Made by a program: the position numbers and the translations under genes. A stretch of DNA of 62,789 bases, counting the filler. It is 5 parts of 5 records of this genome, joined end to end, with 100 filler letters (N's around TTAATTAATTAA, not from the genome) between each part and the next. Parts side by side here need not be neighbours in the genome. Positions count along the whole stretch, not along the records: positions 52,426 to 62,789 come from SRR31147125_4953; 4 more parts are not named here. One strand, 5' to 3'. Shown one piece after another: positions 62,337-62,789 of this stretch. A model generated the notes under the pieces. The model did no database searches, was not told the origin of the DNA, and saw only the letters and a program-made list of their open reading frames with translations. How positions within the stretch are numbered: position 1 is the first letter of the stretch; every line of letters begins with the position of its first letter.

Positions 62337-62789
62337 TTAAATGTCTTCTTTACAAGTTTGTAATTGTTTTTCACAATCTTCTTTACCCCATGACGGCATA
62401 ATTCCATTAACAGGCTTAAATTTCACAAATAATTCTGAGGCCTGAGAAAGTAATGGTAGTGCAGCTTTTTTTCCTCCACCATATTCTTCAGGAGTATACA
62501 TTACATTAAGTGCTTCAAGATAATATGGCCTTGGATTATTGGGATTCAACTTTTTTGCATCATTAAAAGAAGCATGGGCTTTGCCTGAATAAATCTGTCC
62601 GTTTGCCATAGGATTTAACATTATATATGCCTGATACAACATCCCCTGCAACGTATGAATCTCAGATTCTTCACTGTTTATGTTTATTGCTTCGTCTAAC
62701 TGCTGTTGTGCAAAATCAAGGTATTTTTGTTTTTGTGGTATATCTTGAGTTTTAAAAGATAGAATGATATTTATGTAAGACGCATAATA
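62337..62789 (-). CDS. TPR-like helical hypothetical protein, 5'-truncated
   Basis: Frame is open from the window end ('YYASYINI...'); 'A.KLNPNNPRPYYL', 'TPEEYGGGK', 'PSWG'. Confidence 0.75.
   Translation of the reverse strand, partial: YYASYINIILSFKTQDIPQKQKYLDFAQQQLDEAININSEESEIHTLQGMLYQAYIMLNPMANGQIYSGKAHASFNDAKKLNPNNPRPYYLEALNVMYTPEEYGGGKKAALPLLSQASELFVKFKPVNGIMPSWGKEDCEKQLQTCKEDI

Overview
The window is not one locus. It is five contigs joined by identical 100-bp artificial spacers (44 N + TTAATTAATTAA + 44 N) at 12569-12668, 28648-28747, 36684-36783 and 52326-52425, and the contigs probably come from more than one organism. Contig A (1-12568) is an anaerobic catabolic cluster: four-subunit 2-oxoacid:ferredoxin oxidoreductase, a LarA/DUF2088-like protein, Fe-alcohol dehydrogenase, TRAP transporter, a decayed IS3, GntR and aldehyde:ferredoxin oxidoreductase. 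Contig B (12669-28647) comes from a low-GC diderm with strong Shine-Dalgarno sites. It carries a YheO-type PAS-HTH regulator, a response regulator, an alanine symporter and ald, an outer-membrane barrel, an acyl-ACP desaturase-like diiron protein, and a tupABC-mog-moeA-moeA/PBP-moaA-moaC-MOSC operon. Contig C (28748-36683) is a surface-glycan cluster of glycosyltransferases and four SAM methyltransferases. Contig D (36784-52325) has rpsO, two PII genes flanking amtB, msrC, an operon of a 768-aa unknown protein + GH105 + sugar ABC transporter, an MCP, an Ntn hydrolase and a nitroreductase. Contig E (52426-62789) looks Bacteroidota-like: wzc/wza, floA-nfeD-clpS, an operon of Na+/solute symporter + AprA-like flavoprotein + AprB-like ferredoxin, and LytS/LytTR. 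The best candidates for undescribed biology are: (1) the orphan AprAB-like flavoenzyme with its own symporter; (2) a repeated ACA-N3-TGT palindrome linking ald, alsT, the tungstate/Moco operon and the YheO regulator; (3) the 768-aa unknown protein beside GH105, behind a ROK-type operator; (4) the OFOR/LarA-like/ADH/TRAP/AOR pathway; (5) an O2-type desaturase homolog in an anaerobic-looking genome. Several split genes are best explained by single-base undercalls in short runs. No CRISPR array, rRNA or complete tRNA was seen. All functional calls come from motif recognition by eye, not from database searches.
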